A stretch of 64,000 nucleotides of DNA from Patescibacteria group bacterium (GCA_004321885.1 SCQK01000004.1:22684-86683), one strand, 5' to 3'; positions 26,166-36,216 are shown, numbered from the stretch's first letter. Numbers and translations are program-made. The notes: generated by a model not told the origin, from the sequence alone.

Positions 26166-27456
26166 AAATAATTTCACCCTTTAAGACCCAAACATCAGCG
26201 GAAGTAATCTTAACATCCAAAATTTTTCCAATCAAATTTTTTGCGCCGGCAAACTGCGCGAGCTTCATTTCCGAAGAGTTGCCCGAGCAAATCCCTGCCT
26301 CGCATTTGTCCGCCAATACCGAAACTGTTTTGCCGATGTATTTTTGATTTTTGCGATAAGTTGTTTCTTCCATCAATTCTTGTAAAATCTGCCAGCGGCG
26401 CTTTTTTTCTAGGCGCGGCACATCATCTTTGAAGGCCCTGGCCGCGGCCGTCCCACTGCGCTGACTATACATGGCCGTGTAGGAAATGTCAAAATCACAC
26501 TCTTTGTACAGAGCCACCGTGTTTTGAAACTGTTTCTCGGTCTCGCCGCAAAAACCCGCGATAATATCCGTGCCAATGGCGATACTTGGTTTGGCCTGGC
26601 GGATTTTTTTTATCAAATCAATATATTGCTCCCGCGTGTACTGGCGATTCATCTTGCGCAAAATTTCATTATCCCCGCTTTGAACCGGCAGGTGCAGATA
26701 ATTCACCTGCTTGGGCAGTTTCAGCGCCTCTATTTGCGCGTCGGAAAAATAACGCGGGTCCGCGGCGGTAAAATGCAAGCGCTCCAACCCAGCCAACTTA
26801 TTCAGCTCTTTCAGTAAATCGACGAAACTGTCCCCCTCCCCCTTTTTAAGGGGGAGGTTGGGTAGGGGTAAATCCGGATCGCGGTAATTATTCACCACCT
26901 GCCCGAGCAGAATAATTTCTTTCGCGCCATTTTCAATCGCTATTTTTACCTCGTTAATAATTTCTTTGGCCGGCCGGTTTTTCTCGCGGCCGCGCGCCTG
27001 CGGCACCACGCAATAGGTGCAATAATTATCACAGCCGGTCTGAATAGTGATAAACGTTTGAAATCTACTCGTTCGCGCCGGCGCCAACTCTAAATAATCT
27101 CCAAGGTCAGCGCCTCCCAGCCATCTTGACAGCACCCCCATTTCGTGTATCGGAAAATACAAGTCAACCCCTTTTAGCCTGCTTTTTAACTTCCCGTCTT
27201 TGTCGCGGCCCGGCATACAGCCGGTAACAGCGATTGTCAAATCCGGCTTTTTTGCCTTAAGTTGGCTCCAATTTCGCACTAGCCCGTGAACGCGGTCTTC
27301 GGCGCTTTGGCGCACCGAGCAGGTATTGACAATTAGTAAATCCGAGTTTTCGGCTTTGGCGCTTCTGGTCATCCCCAAGAAATTCAAAAAACCGGCGATT
27401 CTCTCTGAATCGTTTTTGTTCATCTGACAGCCGAAGGTAACGAGAAAATACTTCAT
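26122..27456 (-). CDS. miaB: tRNA methylthiotransferase, radical-SAM MiaB family
   Basis: MTTase N-terminal domain (FLVTFGCQMNKNDSE), radical-SAM CxxxCxxC (GCDNYCTYCVVP), TRAM C-terminus. Contains an in-frame family-A insert ([16 protein letters not shown]). Confidence 0.85.
   Translation of the reverse strand: MKYFLVTFGCQMNKNDSERIAGFLNFLGMTRSAKAENSDLLIVNTCSVRQSAEDRVHGLVRNWSQLKAKKPDLTIAVTGCMPGRDKDGKLKSRLKGVDLYFPIHEMGVLSRWLGGADLGDYLELAPARTSRFQTFITIQTGCDNYCTYCVVPQARGREKNRPAKEIINEVKIAIENGAKEIILLGQVVNNYRDPDLPLPNLPLKKGEGDSFVDLLKELNKLAGLERLHFTAADPRYFSDAQIEALKLPKQVNYLHLPVQSGDNEILRKMNRQYTREQYIDLIKKIRQAKPSIAIGTDIIAGFCGETEKQFQNTVALYKECDFDISYTAMYSQRSGTAAARAFKDDVPRLEKKRRWQILQELMEETTYRKNQKYIGKTVSVLADKCEAGICSGNSSEMKLAQFAGAKNLIGKILDVKITSADVWVLKGEIILPLPNPPLIYEMSE
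26832..26870. repeat. Family-A element in frame inside miaB
   Basis: CCCCCTCCCCCTTTTTAAGGGGGAGGTTGGGTAGGGGTA. Confidence 0.8.
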
Positions 27457-27854
27457 TAGTTAGACAGCTTCTTTTTTGGCCGGCTTCCCAACTGAATCCT
27501 GGATACCATCGCGTGAATCCTATCAACAATCTGCCCAGCCTCATGTTCAATCGCGATTTCTTGCTGATTAATTCTTTGAGCCAACGACGTTCCTTTTTCC
27601 ACAGCCTTTTTTTGCCGCTTGAGGTGAGTTTGATTTTGTCTCGCCTGCGCCTCGGTCCATTCTGCGGCCGCCAGCGCCAAAGCGCCCGCTTCAATTTCTT
27701 CCTCGGTCCATTTTGCCAGTTCAAACAAAGTTATCGGCCCATTTTTCTGGTCTATCTTTAACAGAATCTGTTTATCAACATTGTCCAGGGTCTCGTTTCT
27801 ATTTATTTCGTCCAAAATACCCGCGTGAAAAATATCGCCTGATTCTCCATTCAT
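27456..27854 (-). CDS. Hypothetical coiled-coil protein
   Basis: 132-aa ORF between thrS and miaB on the same strand; its stop overlaps the miaB ATG by 1 nt. Confidence 0.45.
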   Translation of the reverse strand: MNGESGDIFHAGILDEINRNETLDNVDKQILLKIDQKNGPITLFELAKWTEEEIEAGALALAAAEWTEAQARQNQTHLKRQKKAVEKGTSLAQRINQQEIAIEHEAGQIVDRIHAMVSRIQLGSRPKKKLSN

Positions 27855-27865
27855 ATTGTTCTACA

Positions 27866-29686
27866 TTATTTCCTCCCGCTGATTTCGGTTTTCAAGCGAG
27901 AGATAAAATTTTGTTTAGACATTTTTATCTGGTCCTTTTGCCCGCGCGCGCGAATCATCCACGGCTCGCCGCCGATTTCCTTGTCGCCCACCACCACCAC
28001 GTACGGAATTTTGCGCTCGGCCGCTTTGCGGATTTTATTGCCCAAGGTTTCGTTGGCCTCGTCTGTTTCCACTCGTATGCCCGCGTCTTTCATTTCACCC
28101 TCAATGGCGCGAGCGCCACCGACGTGCTTTTCCGAAACCGAAGCCAACAAAACCTGGACCGGCGACAGCCAGAGCGGCCATACTCCCCCGTAATGTTCTA
28201 TCAAAAACGCCGTGAACCGCTCGTGCGTGGACAGCGGGGCGCGATGAATGACAAACACCTCGTTATTTTCTTTGCCGCTTTCGTCCGTGTAACTCAACTC
28301 AAATCTTTTCTTGGCCGCGAAATCAAGTTGAATCGTTGACATCGTCTCTTCGCGCCCGACGATTGATTTGAATTGCACGTCAACTTTGGGTCCGTAAAAC
28401 GCCGCTTCGTCGTCAACTTCAACAAAATCCACAAATGCTTCTTGGAGAACTTCACGAATAACGCTTTCGCAAAATTCCCAATTTTTTGGCTCATTGATAT
28501 ATTTGTCCAGACGCTCCGGGCTCCACTTGGACAAACGAAACCAATAATTTTTTAAGCCGAAAATTTCAAAATATTTTATATTTAATTGCAATACATCCAT
28601 GAATTCTGCCTTGATTTGATCTTTGCGGCAATAAATATGCGCGTCATTCATGGCCAAACAGCGCACGCGCAACAATCCGGCCAGGGTACCGGATAACTCA
28701 TTGCGGTAAACCGTGCCGTATTCAGCCATGCGCAAAGGCAATTCGCGATAACTGCGTTGGTTATGTTTGTAAATCAAATGGTGGTGCGGGCAATTCATGG
28801 CTTTCAGATAATACGTGCCATCATCCATTTTCATGGCCGGATACATACTGTCTTTGTAGTACGGCAAATGCCCGGATTTAATGTACAGCTCTTCCTTGGC
28901 CAAATGCGGAGTTACGACGCGCGTGTAGCCGTGTATGTTTTCCATCTCAATGGCTAACTTTTCTATCTCATTTCTTATCACAGTTCCGTTTGGCAACCAC
29001 ATGGCCAATCCTTTACCCACCATGTCATCAATAAAGAACAGGCCTTGCTCCTGCCCAATTTTGCGGTGGTCGCGCTTTTCGGCTTCGGCCAGCATGGCCA
29101 AATATTCGTCCAATTCTTTTTGCGAAGCAAAACAAGCGCCGTAAATTCTTTGCAGCATTTTATTTTTTTCGCTTCCGCGCCAGTAGGCCCCGGCCAATTT
29201 TGTCAGCTTGAACGCGCCGATTTCTTTAGCTGATTGCACGTGCGGCCCGCGACACAAATCCACAAATTTACCCGTTTTGTACAAAGATACAATTCCTTTT
29301 TTCGGCTTTTCGCCAATCACATCGGCTTCGTCTTTCGTCACTCTTGTTGTTCCCTTTTTCTTCAAATCCTTTAACAATTCAACCTTGTAATCCTGCTTTT
29401 CTTTTTTGAAAAACTTTACGGCGTCGTCAATATCCAATTCATTTTTTTCAAACAACAAATCTTTTTCAATCAGCTGGCGCGCCTTGATTTCTATCTTTTC
29501 CAAATCCGCTTCGCCAATGGGCTCTGAAAAATCTATGTCATAATAAAAGCCATTCTCCACCACCGGTCCCACGCCAAACTTGGCCTTGGGATAAAGCTCT
29601 TGTACCGCGGCCGCTACCACATGCGCGCACGAGTGGCGCATTGTCTCCAATTTTTTGTTTTTCTCGTACATATTTAATACAAACAA
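27866..29686 (-). CDS. thrS: Threonyl-tRNA synthetase
   Basis: 606 aa with the N-terminal editing-domain motif RHSCAHVVAAAV, a class II catalytic core and a C-terminal anticodon-binding domain. Confidence 0.9.
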   Translation of the reverse strand: MFVLNMYEKNKKLETMRHSCAHVVAAAVQELYPKAKFGVGPVVENGFYYDIDFSEPIGEADLEKIEIKARQLIEKDLLFEKNELDIDDAVKFFKKEKQDYKVELLKDLKKKGTTRVTKDEADVIGEKPKKGIVSLYKTGKFVDLCRGPHVQSAKEIGAFKLTKLAGAYWRGSEKNKMLQRIYGACFASQKELDEYLAMLAEAEKRDHRKIGQEQGLFFIDDMVGKGLAMWLPNGTVIRNEIEKLAIEMENIHGYTRVVTPHLAKEELYIKSGHLPYYKDSMYPAMKMDDGTYYLKAMNCPHHHLIYKHNQRSYRELPLRMAEYGTVYRNELSGTLAGLLRVRCLAMNDAHIYCRKDQIKAEFMDVLQLNIKYFEIFGLKNYWFRLSKWSPERLDKYINEPKNWEFCESVIREVLQEAFVDFVEVDDEAAFYGPKVDVQFKSIVGREETMSTIQLDFAAKKRFELSYTDESGKENNEVFVIHRAPLSTHERFTAFLIEHYGGVWPLWLSPVQVLLASVSEKHVGGARAIEGEMKDAGIRVETDEANETLGNKIRKAAERKIPYVVVVGDKEIGGEPWMIRARGQKDQIKMSKQNFISRLKTEISGRK

Positions 29687-29689
29687 TTA

Positions 29690-29728
29690 AAATTTAACAA
29701 AAACCCCAATACTACTTAAAGTATCGGG
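29690..29728 (-). terminator. Rho-independent terminator after the DUF4258/DUF2283 pair (minus strand)
   Basis: Minus-strand CCCCGAUACUUUAAGUAGUAUUGGGG followed by UUUUUGUUAAAUUUU. Confidence 0.5.
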
Positions 29729-29875
29729 GTCCTTCATTTTTGAAAGACGGTTCCACCCGAAGTTTAACTTTTACCCTGTTAAATCGCCCCATAGGGACGT
29801 CGGCCTTTGGCCGAATTTAACAGGGTTGAATTTGTAGATACTCCGAGAGTGGTTAGTTCTCGTGCAAACGTATCG

Positions 29876-30085
29876 CTACGCACGGTTGATGCAAAGATTC
29901 CTCATCTGCCTCACCGGAACAAAATTTTCTAAATTAATATCCATTATGTCAATTCCCACAACTTCGCCTTTTTTATTATAATCCACCACCACATTTCCCG
30001 CGATATCAGAATCAACACTTTTTTCTTTTCTAAAGCGTATGGATAGAATGCGATCTTTTTTTATGAAATTGATTTTAGGCGCCAT
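29876..30085 (-). CDS. DUF2283-family small protein (putative antitoxin-like partner)
   Basis: 69-aa MAPKINFIKKDRILSIRFRKEKSVDSDIAGNVVVDYNKKGEVVGIDIMDI: matches the DUF2283 pattern (..D.LYI.....S.E....ILDYD..G.IVGIEI.). Confidence 0.6.
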   Translation of the reverse strand: MAPKINFIKKDRILSIRFRKEKSVDSDIAGNVVVDYNKKGEVVGIDIMDINLENFVPVRQMRNLCINRA

Positions 30086-30240
30086 ACTAGTGGAAAAATC
30101 TTTTTGGCAACGAATCTGTTGAAGCTTGTGCGATCACGGGCAATTTCGTCTGGACTGTTAATCGCGCCGATTACCTCTGTCCGCGATATACCCCGCTCGC
30201 GCATTCTTTTTATCGCGTGGGTAGTAAAACTGACCCGCAT
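30061..30240 (-). CDS. DUF4258-family small protein (putative toxin-like partner); overlaps the DUF2283 gene by 25 nt
   Basis: Hand-translated 59-aa ORF MRVSFTTHAIKRMRERGISRTEVIGAINSPDEIARDRTSFNRFVAKKIFPLVWRLKSIS with the DUF4258 H-x3-RM-x-ERGI-x3-V motif. Below the ORF-track length cutoff. Confidence 0.5.
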   Translation of the reverse strand: MRVSFTTHAIKRMRERGISRTEVIGAINSPDEIARDRTSFNRFVAKKIFPLVWRLKSIS

Positions 30241-30280
30241 AGGGATAAACTATCAATAAATAGCTAAATAGTCAACAGCT

Positions 30281-30361
30281 CTACTTCTTCCCTTTTTTTG
30301 CTTTCTTGGGCGCTTTTTTGGCCTTCTTCATCGGGCCGCAAGCGCATTTGCAGCATCCCAT
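30281..30361 (-). CDS. Tiny ORF encoding a Cys4 + Lys-rich 26-aa peptide (MGCCKCACGPMKKAKKAPKKAKKGKK)
   Basis: Hand-translated; immediately downstream of the 30375..31517 gene on the same strand. Speculative. Confidence 0.25.
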   Translation of the reverse strand: MGCCKCACGPMKKAKKAPKKAKKGKK

Positions 30362-30374
30362 AGAATAAAGTTAA

Positions 30375-31517
30375 CTATTTCACATTTTTCACAATCACTT
30401 TTATCCTGTCCCCCACGCTCGGGGCCGTGCGCATCCAGGAGGGCGAAAATTTCACTTCCACGCCGACCACATGGCTGATGCCCATGATGTCGCGCTCAAT
30501 CTCATCTTTCTTTTTGCCGAAAAAATTGCTGGCCGCGAAGCGCGAACCGTTTACGTCTATGGTCGCCAGCACGTCTTGCGTAGCCGCAATCCGGGCCGTC
30601 TCTTTTTCCAAATCATAATTGGCCAGAGAAATTACAGGCTCTTTGCCCACGGATAAAACTTTTTCAAAACTGACGTCCACTTTGCCCCGCACTTCTTTGG
30701 CGACCAGCTCATTCAAATCAGCGGTTTTAACGCTGACCATAGCCAGGGTGCTGGTGCCGGAAATGAAAAATTCCGAAACCTGGTCCCCGGCCTTGGCGCT
30801 GGCGCGGGTATCGCCGGTCTTTACGTCCACCACTGTTTTTACGCCCGCGTCCGGCGAAGCGAATTTTATTTTGGCTTGCTCTTTGATTTTAGACAAATAA
30901 TCCAGCTCGGCCTGTTTTATGTCAGCCTCGGCCAGCACCCCGATTTTGCGCGTGCCGCCGGTCATGGCCTTGGCGCTTTCACCGTAAATGTATTTTTGCT
31001 TTTCAGCCGACAGCCCGGGAATGGTAAACTTGCTCGGGCCGATGTTGTACGCCGCGCCCTGGCCGTCGGCATAAACCCCGGCAATAATCTGCCCGTTCGC
31101 CGGCACCAGCACATTGTTGGCCAGCCTAAACAAAACCCCGTCGGCCGTGATAAATCTGGTAATTTTTACCAGCGTCTGGCTGGCCGAGGTTTTATTGTAA
31201 ATGGTGATTTCGCCGGTCGCGGTCCCGTCTTCCTCTTTGTTGCCGGTGGGATAATATTTTTCGGTCCAGGCAAAAACAGCCGAGGTGACTGTGCCGCTGA
31301 TGGCGCCCGGCCCTGCCTTTTTGGCCACTGGAATTTCCAAACTCACGTTTTTATTGTCGGTTTTGGCCACCACCACGATGGTGGCTTTTTTGGAGGTGAA
31401 AAAAATCACCACGCCGAGCAGGGCAATGGTGAGAACCAAAAAAGTAATCGCGATGGTGCGATAAAAACCGACCGGCGCCTCGGGCGTCATTTGGGTGGTT
31501 ACGCGATGAGTAATCAT
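30375..31517 (-). CDS. Membrane-anchored hypothetical protein (possibly pilus-associated; downstream of pilB)
   Basis: N-terminal TM AITFLVLTIALLGVVIFF, then a roughly 330-aa extracytoplasmic domain with no recognizable motif. Confidence 0.5.
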   Translation of the reverse strand: MITHRVTTQMTPEAPVGFYRTIAITFLVLTIALLGVVIFFTSKKATIVVVAKTDNKNVSLEIPVAKKAGPGAISGTVTSAVFAWTEKYYPTGNKEEDGTATGEITIYNKTSASQTLVKITRFITADGVLFRLANNVLVPANGQIIAGVYADGQGAAYNIGPSKFTIPGLSAEKQKYIYGESAKAMTGGTRKIGVLAEADIKQAELDYLSKIKEQAKIKFASPDAGVKTVVDVKTGDTRASAKAGDQVSEFFISGTSTLAMVSVKTADLNELVAKEVRGKVDVSFEKVLSVGKEPVISLANYDLEKETARIAATQDVLATIDVNGSRFAASNFFGKKKDEIERDIMGISHVVGVEVKFSPSWMRTAPSVGDRIKVIVKNVK

Positions 31518-31555
31518 ATAATTATATTACACAATTATCGCCTTCAGCGCAAGGC

Positions 31556-33304
31556 TTATTCCGTCACCCTAAACACCTCCTCCACCGAGGTGATTTTTTG
31601 CAAGGCTTTCAAAAGCCCGTCTTGCGCCATGGTGACCATACCGCTTTTTACGGCCAATTCTTTGATAACATATTCCGAAACCTGGGCGCCCAGTATGGTC
31701 TGCTCCAATTCTTTGTTCATCGTAAAAATTTCATAAATGCCGATGCGGCCTTTATAGCCCAGGCCGCTGCACCCGGCGCACCCGCGGCCGCGATAAAATT
31801 GCAAATTTTTCAAATCAATTTTGGTTTTTTTCCCGGGCGGCAAACTGCCTAAAATCTCGGCCGCTCTTGCCATTTTTTCATTGTCCAGCTTGTCTTCTTC
31901 CATGCAACTTGGACAAACGCGGCGCACCAGACGCTGGCCAATGACCGAGTTGATGGCCGGAGCCAGCAAAAACGGCTTGACGCCCATAGACAGAAAACGC
32001 GGCACTGCCCCGGAGGCGTCGTTGGTATGCACCGTGGAAAGCATCAGATGGCCGGTAAGCGCAGCCTGAATGGCGATATCAGCCGTTTCCAAATCGCGAA
32101 TTTCGCCCACCATGCAAATATCCGGGTCCTGGCGCAATAAACTGCGCAGGCCCTTGGCAAATGTGTAATCACGGCCCGGGTCAACCTGGCTTTGATTAAT
32201 GCCCTCCATTTTTATTTCCACCGGGTCTTCCAAAGTGATAATTTTTACCCCGGGCTTGTTCAGCGCGCGCATGATGGCGTACATGGTGGTGGTCTTGCCC
32301 GAGCCGGTCGGGCCGGTCGTGATAATCATGCCGTTGGGCCGCTCCATTTCTCTTTTTAATTTGTCGTACGCGCTGCCGAGCAATCCAAGCTCGTCAAAAG
32401 TAACTCCCTTTTGACTGCTATGCAAAATTCTCATCACCACGCTCTCGCCCCAGGTGGTGGGCATGGTGGACACGCGCACATCCAGCGTGCCCGAAGACAA
32501 GCGCAAGGTAACGCGGCCGTCCTGGGGCTTGTCCGTAATATTTATTTTCAACGCGGCCAAAAGCTTGATGCGCGAGACAAATCTCTTCCACTGCTCTTTG
32601 GGCAAAACAGCCACATCGTGCAAAACCCCGTCTATGCGGTAGCGCACGGCGATGCCATTTTCTTCGGCTTCCACGTGGATGTCCGAAGAGTTGACTTTCA
32701 AAGCCGAAGCCACCATCAGGGTGAGGATGTCGGTGATGGAAACATTTTCAAAAAGGGTTTTCAAGTCGCGAAAGTCGGTGACGTTGGCTTTAAATTTTTC
32801 CAATTCTTCATCCGTGATATTGATGTCTTTGGAAATGGGTTTTATCTGGGGCAAGTTGGTATAAAGTTTCAATACGCTGTCAAAGCTGTGTTGTGAAATA
32901 AGGTAAAGCCGGGCGGCCACATGATGCCGTTCGCCGAATTGATAAACCAATTCTTTTATTTCATCGCCCGGCTCCACGCAAGCCAGCCGCGCGTCTTCTG
33001 GGGAAAAATAAAAACAGATAATTTTTTTATCGCGCGCTGTTTTTTCGGGTATGGCCGAAAGCGCCTCGGAGGAAATGGGAAACTTGGATAAATCTATAAA
33101 CGGCAGACTCGCGCTGGCGGCCGCCGCGCCGGCCAGCTCTTCCCTGGCCTTGATATCCAGAGTTTTCATTTTTTGCTCAAATTTTTCTTCGGCCGATTCC
33201 TCGCCCTTGGCGGTTTTTTGGGCAGGCTTTTTCGCGCCGCCCGGGCCTTTGAGCAAGCTGTTAATTGAAGGAAAATCCGACATAGAACCACTAATCTTTT
33301 TCAC
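31556..33304 (-). CDS. pilB: Type IV pilus / type II secretion assembly ATPase (PilB/GspE family)
   Basis: Walker A GPTGSGKTTT, Asp/His boxes, the C-terminal CxxC...CxxC zinc motif (CPSC..CAGC), an N-terminal GSPII_E_N-like region. Confidence 0.85.
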   Translation of the reverse strand: MKKISGSMSDFPSINSLLKGPGGAKKPAQKTAKGEESAEEKFEQKMKTLDIKAREELAGAAAASASLPFIDLSKFPISSEALSAIPEKTARDKKIICFYFSPEDARLACVEPGDEIKELVYQFGERHHVAARLYLISQHSFDSVLKLYTNLPQIKPISKDINITDEELEKFKANVTDFRDLKTLFENVSITDILTLMVASALKVNSSDIHVEAEENGIAVRYRIDGVLHDVAVLPKEQWKRFVSRIKLLAALKINITDKPQDGRVTLRLSSGTLDVRVSTMPTTWGESVVMRILHSSQKGVTFDELGLLGSAYDKLKREMERPNGMIITTGPTGSGKTTTMYAIMRALNKPGVKIITLEDPVEIKMEGINQSQVDPGRDYTFAKGLRSLLRQDPDICMVGEIRDLETADIAIQAALTGHLMLSTVHTNDASGAVPRFLSMGVKPFLLAPAINSVIGQRLVRRVCPSCMEEDKLDNEKMARAAEILGSLPPGKKTKIDLKNLQFYRGRGCAGCSGLGYKGRIGIYEIFTMNKELEQTILGAQVSEYVIKELAVKSGMVTMAQDGLLKALQKITSVEEVFRVTE

Positions 33305-33338
33305 TAATCACACTAACTAACGACAGACGCTTGGGTAA

Positions 33339-34307
33339 TTACGCTCTGCGCGCTATCCAATGCAAAAAGCGCACGATGCGGCTGGGTATGCCCACATGAT
33401 GCATTTTCACGAACAAATGCATCCAGATGCTGATGTTGTAGGCATTAAACACGCCAGCGCAGAGCGCGGCGAAAATCATCCAGAAAAATACCCCCACTGC
33501 CAACCCGCCCGTCACCAGCAGGGCGGACGGGCCCAAAAATCCGGCCAATAGCCACAAAATTAAAGACGGGGTAAAGGCCAGGAAAAATGACATAAAAACA
33601 GCGCCCACAAACAGCAGATTCAAAACGACCAGAATAACTCCCACTTCCAGCGAAACCAGCACGTGCTCCCAAAACATTTTCGCGCCCTTGGCCAGGGCCT
33701 CGGGCATTTTTACATTCGTGGCCACGGCATAGCCAATGGCATAGATTGAGACGGCGTACACGGCCACATAAACAAAAAACAGCAGGCCCAACACAAGCAA
33801 GACCCCGAAATTGACCGCCCAGCCGGCTTCACTCTCCAAAACAAAACTCAAATAGTACAGGAAGAGCGCCATCAGGGCCGTGGCCAAAATTTTACGCAAA
33901 AAATTTATTCCCAAGACGCGCCAAAAATGATTGACCCCGCGGCGCCAGGCCTTGGTCGCGTCGGCGCGCCCTTTTTTGTACCATTCTAAAGCATAGGCCG
34001 CAGCCGCGCCCTGGGCGCAGGCAGTAAGGCAGGCGGCCGCCAAAAGTATTAAAAGCAAAATGCCCACGGCCCAGGTAAGACCCACGATGCTTTGCCAGCC
34101 CGCGGGCCAATCAGCCGTAAAAAAATCCAGCCACCATAAATTGACGGCCTGGCCGCCGCGCAAGAATAAATAGAGCTGGCCGAAAAAATCGCTTAGGCCG
34201 AACTGGCCCAAAAAAGTGGCGGCCAAGCCAAAAATCCACAGCACTTTATGGCGCCAGACCAAATGCCAGGCCTTGGCCAGGGCCTCGGTATAATGCGGCT
34301 GATGCAT
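33339..34307 (-). CDS. Polytopic membrane protein, function unknown
   Basis: 322 aa with about 8 predicted TM helices and no catalytic motif recognized. Confidence 0.5.
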   Translation of the reverse strand: MHQPHYTEALAKAWHLVWRHKVLWIFGLAATFLGQFGLSDFFGQLYLFLRGGQAVNLWWLDFFTADWPAGWQSIVGLTWAVGILLLILLAAACLTACAQGAAAAYALEWYKKGRADATKAWRRGVNHFWRVLGINFLRKILATALMALFLYYLSFVLESEAGWAVNFGVLLVLGLLFFVYVAVYAVSIYAIGYAVATNVKMPEALAKGAKMFWEHVLVSLEVGVILVVLNLLFVGAVFMSFFLAFTPSLILWLLAGFLGPSALLVTGGLAVGVFFWMIFAALCAGVFNAYNISIWMHLFVKMHHVGIPSRIVRFLHWIARRA

Positions 34308-34363
34308 AAAATAATATTAGAGACTTAGGTCTCTAATATTATACCACAATTTAGGACGCGCGG

Positions 34364-36208
34364 CTACTGGCCGGCGGTTTCCTTTTCCACGCCTAAAATT
34401 TGCTTGATTTCTTCCTGTTCAACCGTTTCTTTCACCATTAGAACTTCCACCAGTTTATCCAGCTTGTCGCGCCGCGCCACCACCACTTCCCGCGCGCGGG
34501 CCTGGGCCTCTTCCACCAAGCGCCGTATTTCTTCGTCTATTTGCTGGGCGGTCTTGTCGCTGTAATCGCGCTCTTCGTGAATTTCGCGCCCCAAAAATAT
34601 CAGCTCTTCGTGTTCGCCGAACGTGCGCGCGCCCAAACTTTCGCTCATGCCGAAACGGGTAATCATATCGCGCGCCGCGCGGGTGGCGTTTTTCAAATCG
34701 CTGGCCGGGCCCGTGGAAACATCGCCGAAAATCATTTTTTCCACCACAAAGCCGCCCATCAGCATGGCCAGCTCGTCCTTAAATTGCGCCGAGGTGTGAT
34801 AGCGCTTGTCCTGCGAGGGCATTTTTAGAGTATAGCCGCCGGCCTGGCCGCGGGAAATGATAGACACCTTGCGCACCTGGTCGCAGTTGGGCAAAAAATA
34901 TCCCACCACGGCGTGGCCGGCTTCGTGATAAGCCGTTACTTTTTTGTCATGCTCGCTGATAACGCGCGTTTTTCTTTCCGGGCCAAGCAAAACTTTTTCC
35001 ACGCTCTCTAAAATCTCCTGCTCACCGATTTTTTTCAGTCCGCGGCGCACTGTCAGGATAGCCGCCTCGTTGAGCAGATTTTCCAAATCAGCCCCGGAAA
35101 ACCCGGGCGTGCGTTCGGCGATTTTGCGCAGGGAAAGGGTTTTGGCGAGCGGTTTGCCCACCGCGTGAATAGCCAGAATTTCTTCGCGGTCGCGGATGTC
35201 GGGCATATCCAGCACTACGCGTCTGTCAAAACGACCAGGGCGAAGCAGGGCCGGATCAAGTACATCTGGCCTGTTAGTGGCCGCCATAATAATAACGCCC
35301 AAATTCGGCTCAAAGCCGTCCATTTCCACGAGTATTTGGTTCAAAGTTTGTTCTCTTTCATCGTGCCCGCCGCCCAGCCCGGCTCCGCGCCGACGGCCAA
35401 CCGCGTCTATTTCATCTATAAAAACAATAGCCGGGGCCACTTTTTTAGCTTTGTTAAACAAATCGCGCACGCGGCTGGCGCCCACGCCCACAAACATTTC
35501 CACAAATTCCGAACCAGACATGTGAAAGAAAGGCACATCAGCCTCGCCGGCCACGGCCTTGGCCAAGAGGGTTTTGCCCGTGCCCGGACTGCCCATCAGC
35601 AAAACGCCCTTGGGAATTTTCGCGCCCATATCAGCGAATTTTTTGGGGTCTTTCAAAAATTCCACCACTTCCACTAACTCCTGTTTGGATTCCACCACCC
35701 CGGCCACGTCTTTAAAAGTTTTTTTATTTTTTTCATCCGGCTTCATCTGTTTGGGATTGCTCTGGCCAAAACCCATGGCGCGATTGTTCATACCCTGCAT
35801 GCCGCGCGTCATAAAGTAGAAGAAAAGGACGAAAATGATGAGAGGCAAAAGCGCGGGAAGCAGATTGGCCGCCCAAAATTTCCACGAGCTCTCGCTTTTT
35901 ACTTCCACGTCCAAGGCCTTGCGCGCGTCTTCGGACACGCCATAATTTTTAATGATGTCGCCAAACGACTCGCCCGGCTCTTTTTGCACTTCCTGGAGTT
36001 TGGCCTTCTGGTCTTTCAGCTCGGCGCGAATAATACTGCCCTCCACGGTTATTTTTTTTATCTGTCCCGCATTTATTTCTTCCACCAGTTTGCCCACGCC
36101 GATTTTTTCCGGCTTTTTGTCTTCGCCGGTTTTCACCATGCTTAAAACACCGGCCACTAAGAGCAGTGAGATAAAAATGATGAGAAAATTCTTTAAAAAA
36201 TTGCGCAT
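34364..36208 (-). CDS. ftsH: ATP-dependent zinc metalloprotease FtsH
   Basis: AAA+ Walker [19 protein letters not shown], the second region of homology, the HEAGHA zinc motif. The start is refined to [12 protein letters not shown] (ATG 36208); the ORF-track extension overlaps asnS. Confidence 0.9.
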   Translation of the reverse strand: MRNFLKNFLIIFISLLLVAGVLSMVKTGEDKKPEKIGVGKLVEEINAGQIKKITVEGSIIRAELKDQKAKLQEVQKEPGESFGDIIKNYGVSEDARKALDVEVKSESSWKFWAANLLPALLPLIIFVLFFYFMTRGMQGMNNRAMGFGQSNPKQMKPDEKNKKTFKDVAGVVESKQELVEVVEFLKDPKKFADMGAKIPKGVLLMGSPGTGKTLLAKAVAGEADVPFFHMSGSEFVEMFVGVGASRVRDLFNKAKKVAPAIVFIDEIDAVGRRRGAGLGGGHDEREQTLNQILVEMDGFEPNLGVIIMAATNRPDVLDPALLRPGRFDRRVVLDMPDIRDREEILAIHAVGKPLAKTLSLRKIAERTPGFSGADLENLLNEAAILTVRRGLKKIGEQEILESVEKVLLGPERKTRVISEHDKKVTAYHEAGHAVVGYFLPNCDQVRKVSIISRGQAGGYTLKMPSQDKRYHTSAQFKDELAMLMGGFVVEKMIFGDVSTGPASDLKNATRAARDMITRFGMSESLGARTFGEHEELIFLGREIHEERDYSDKTAQQIDEEIRRLVEEAQARAREVVVARRDKLDKLVEVLMVKETVEQEEIKQILGVEKETAGQ

Positions 36209-36216
36209 AAATATTA

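Noticed and set aside
27257-27724. The Arg/Lys-rich 155-aa ORF 27257..27724 (-)
   Set aside because: It overlaps the miaB N-terminus and the upstream hypothetical gene out of frame, and is low complexity.
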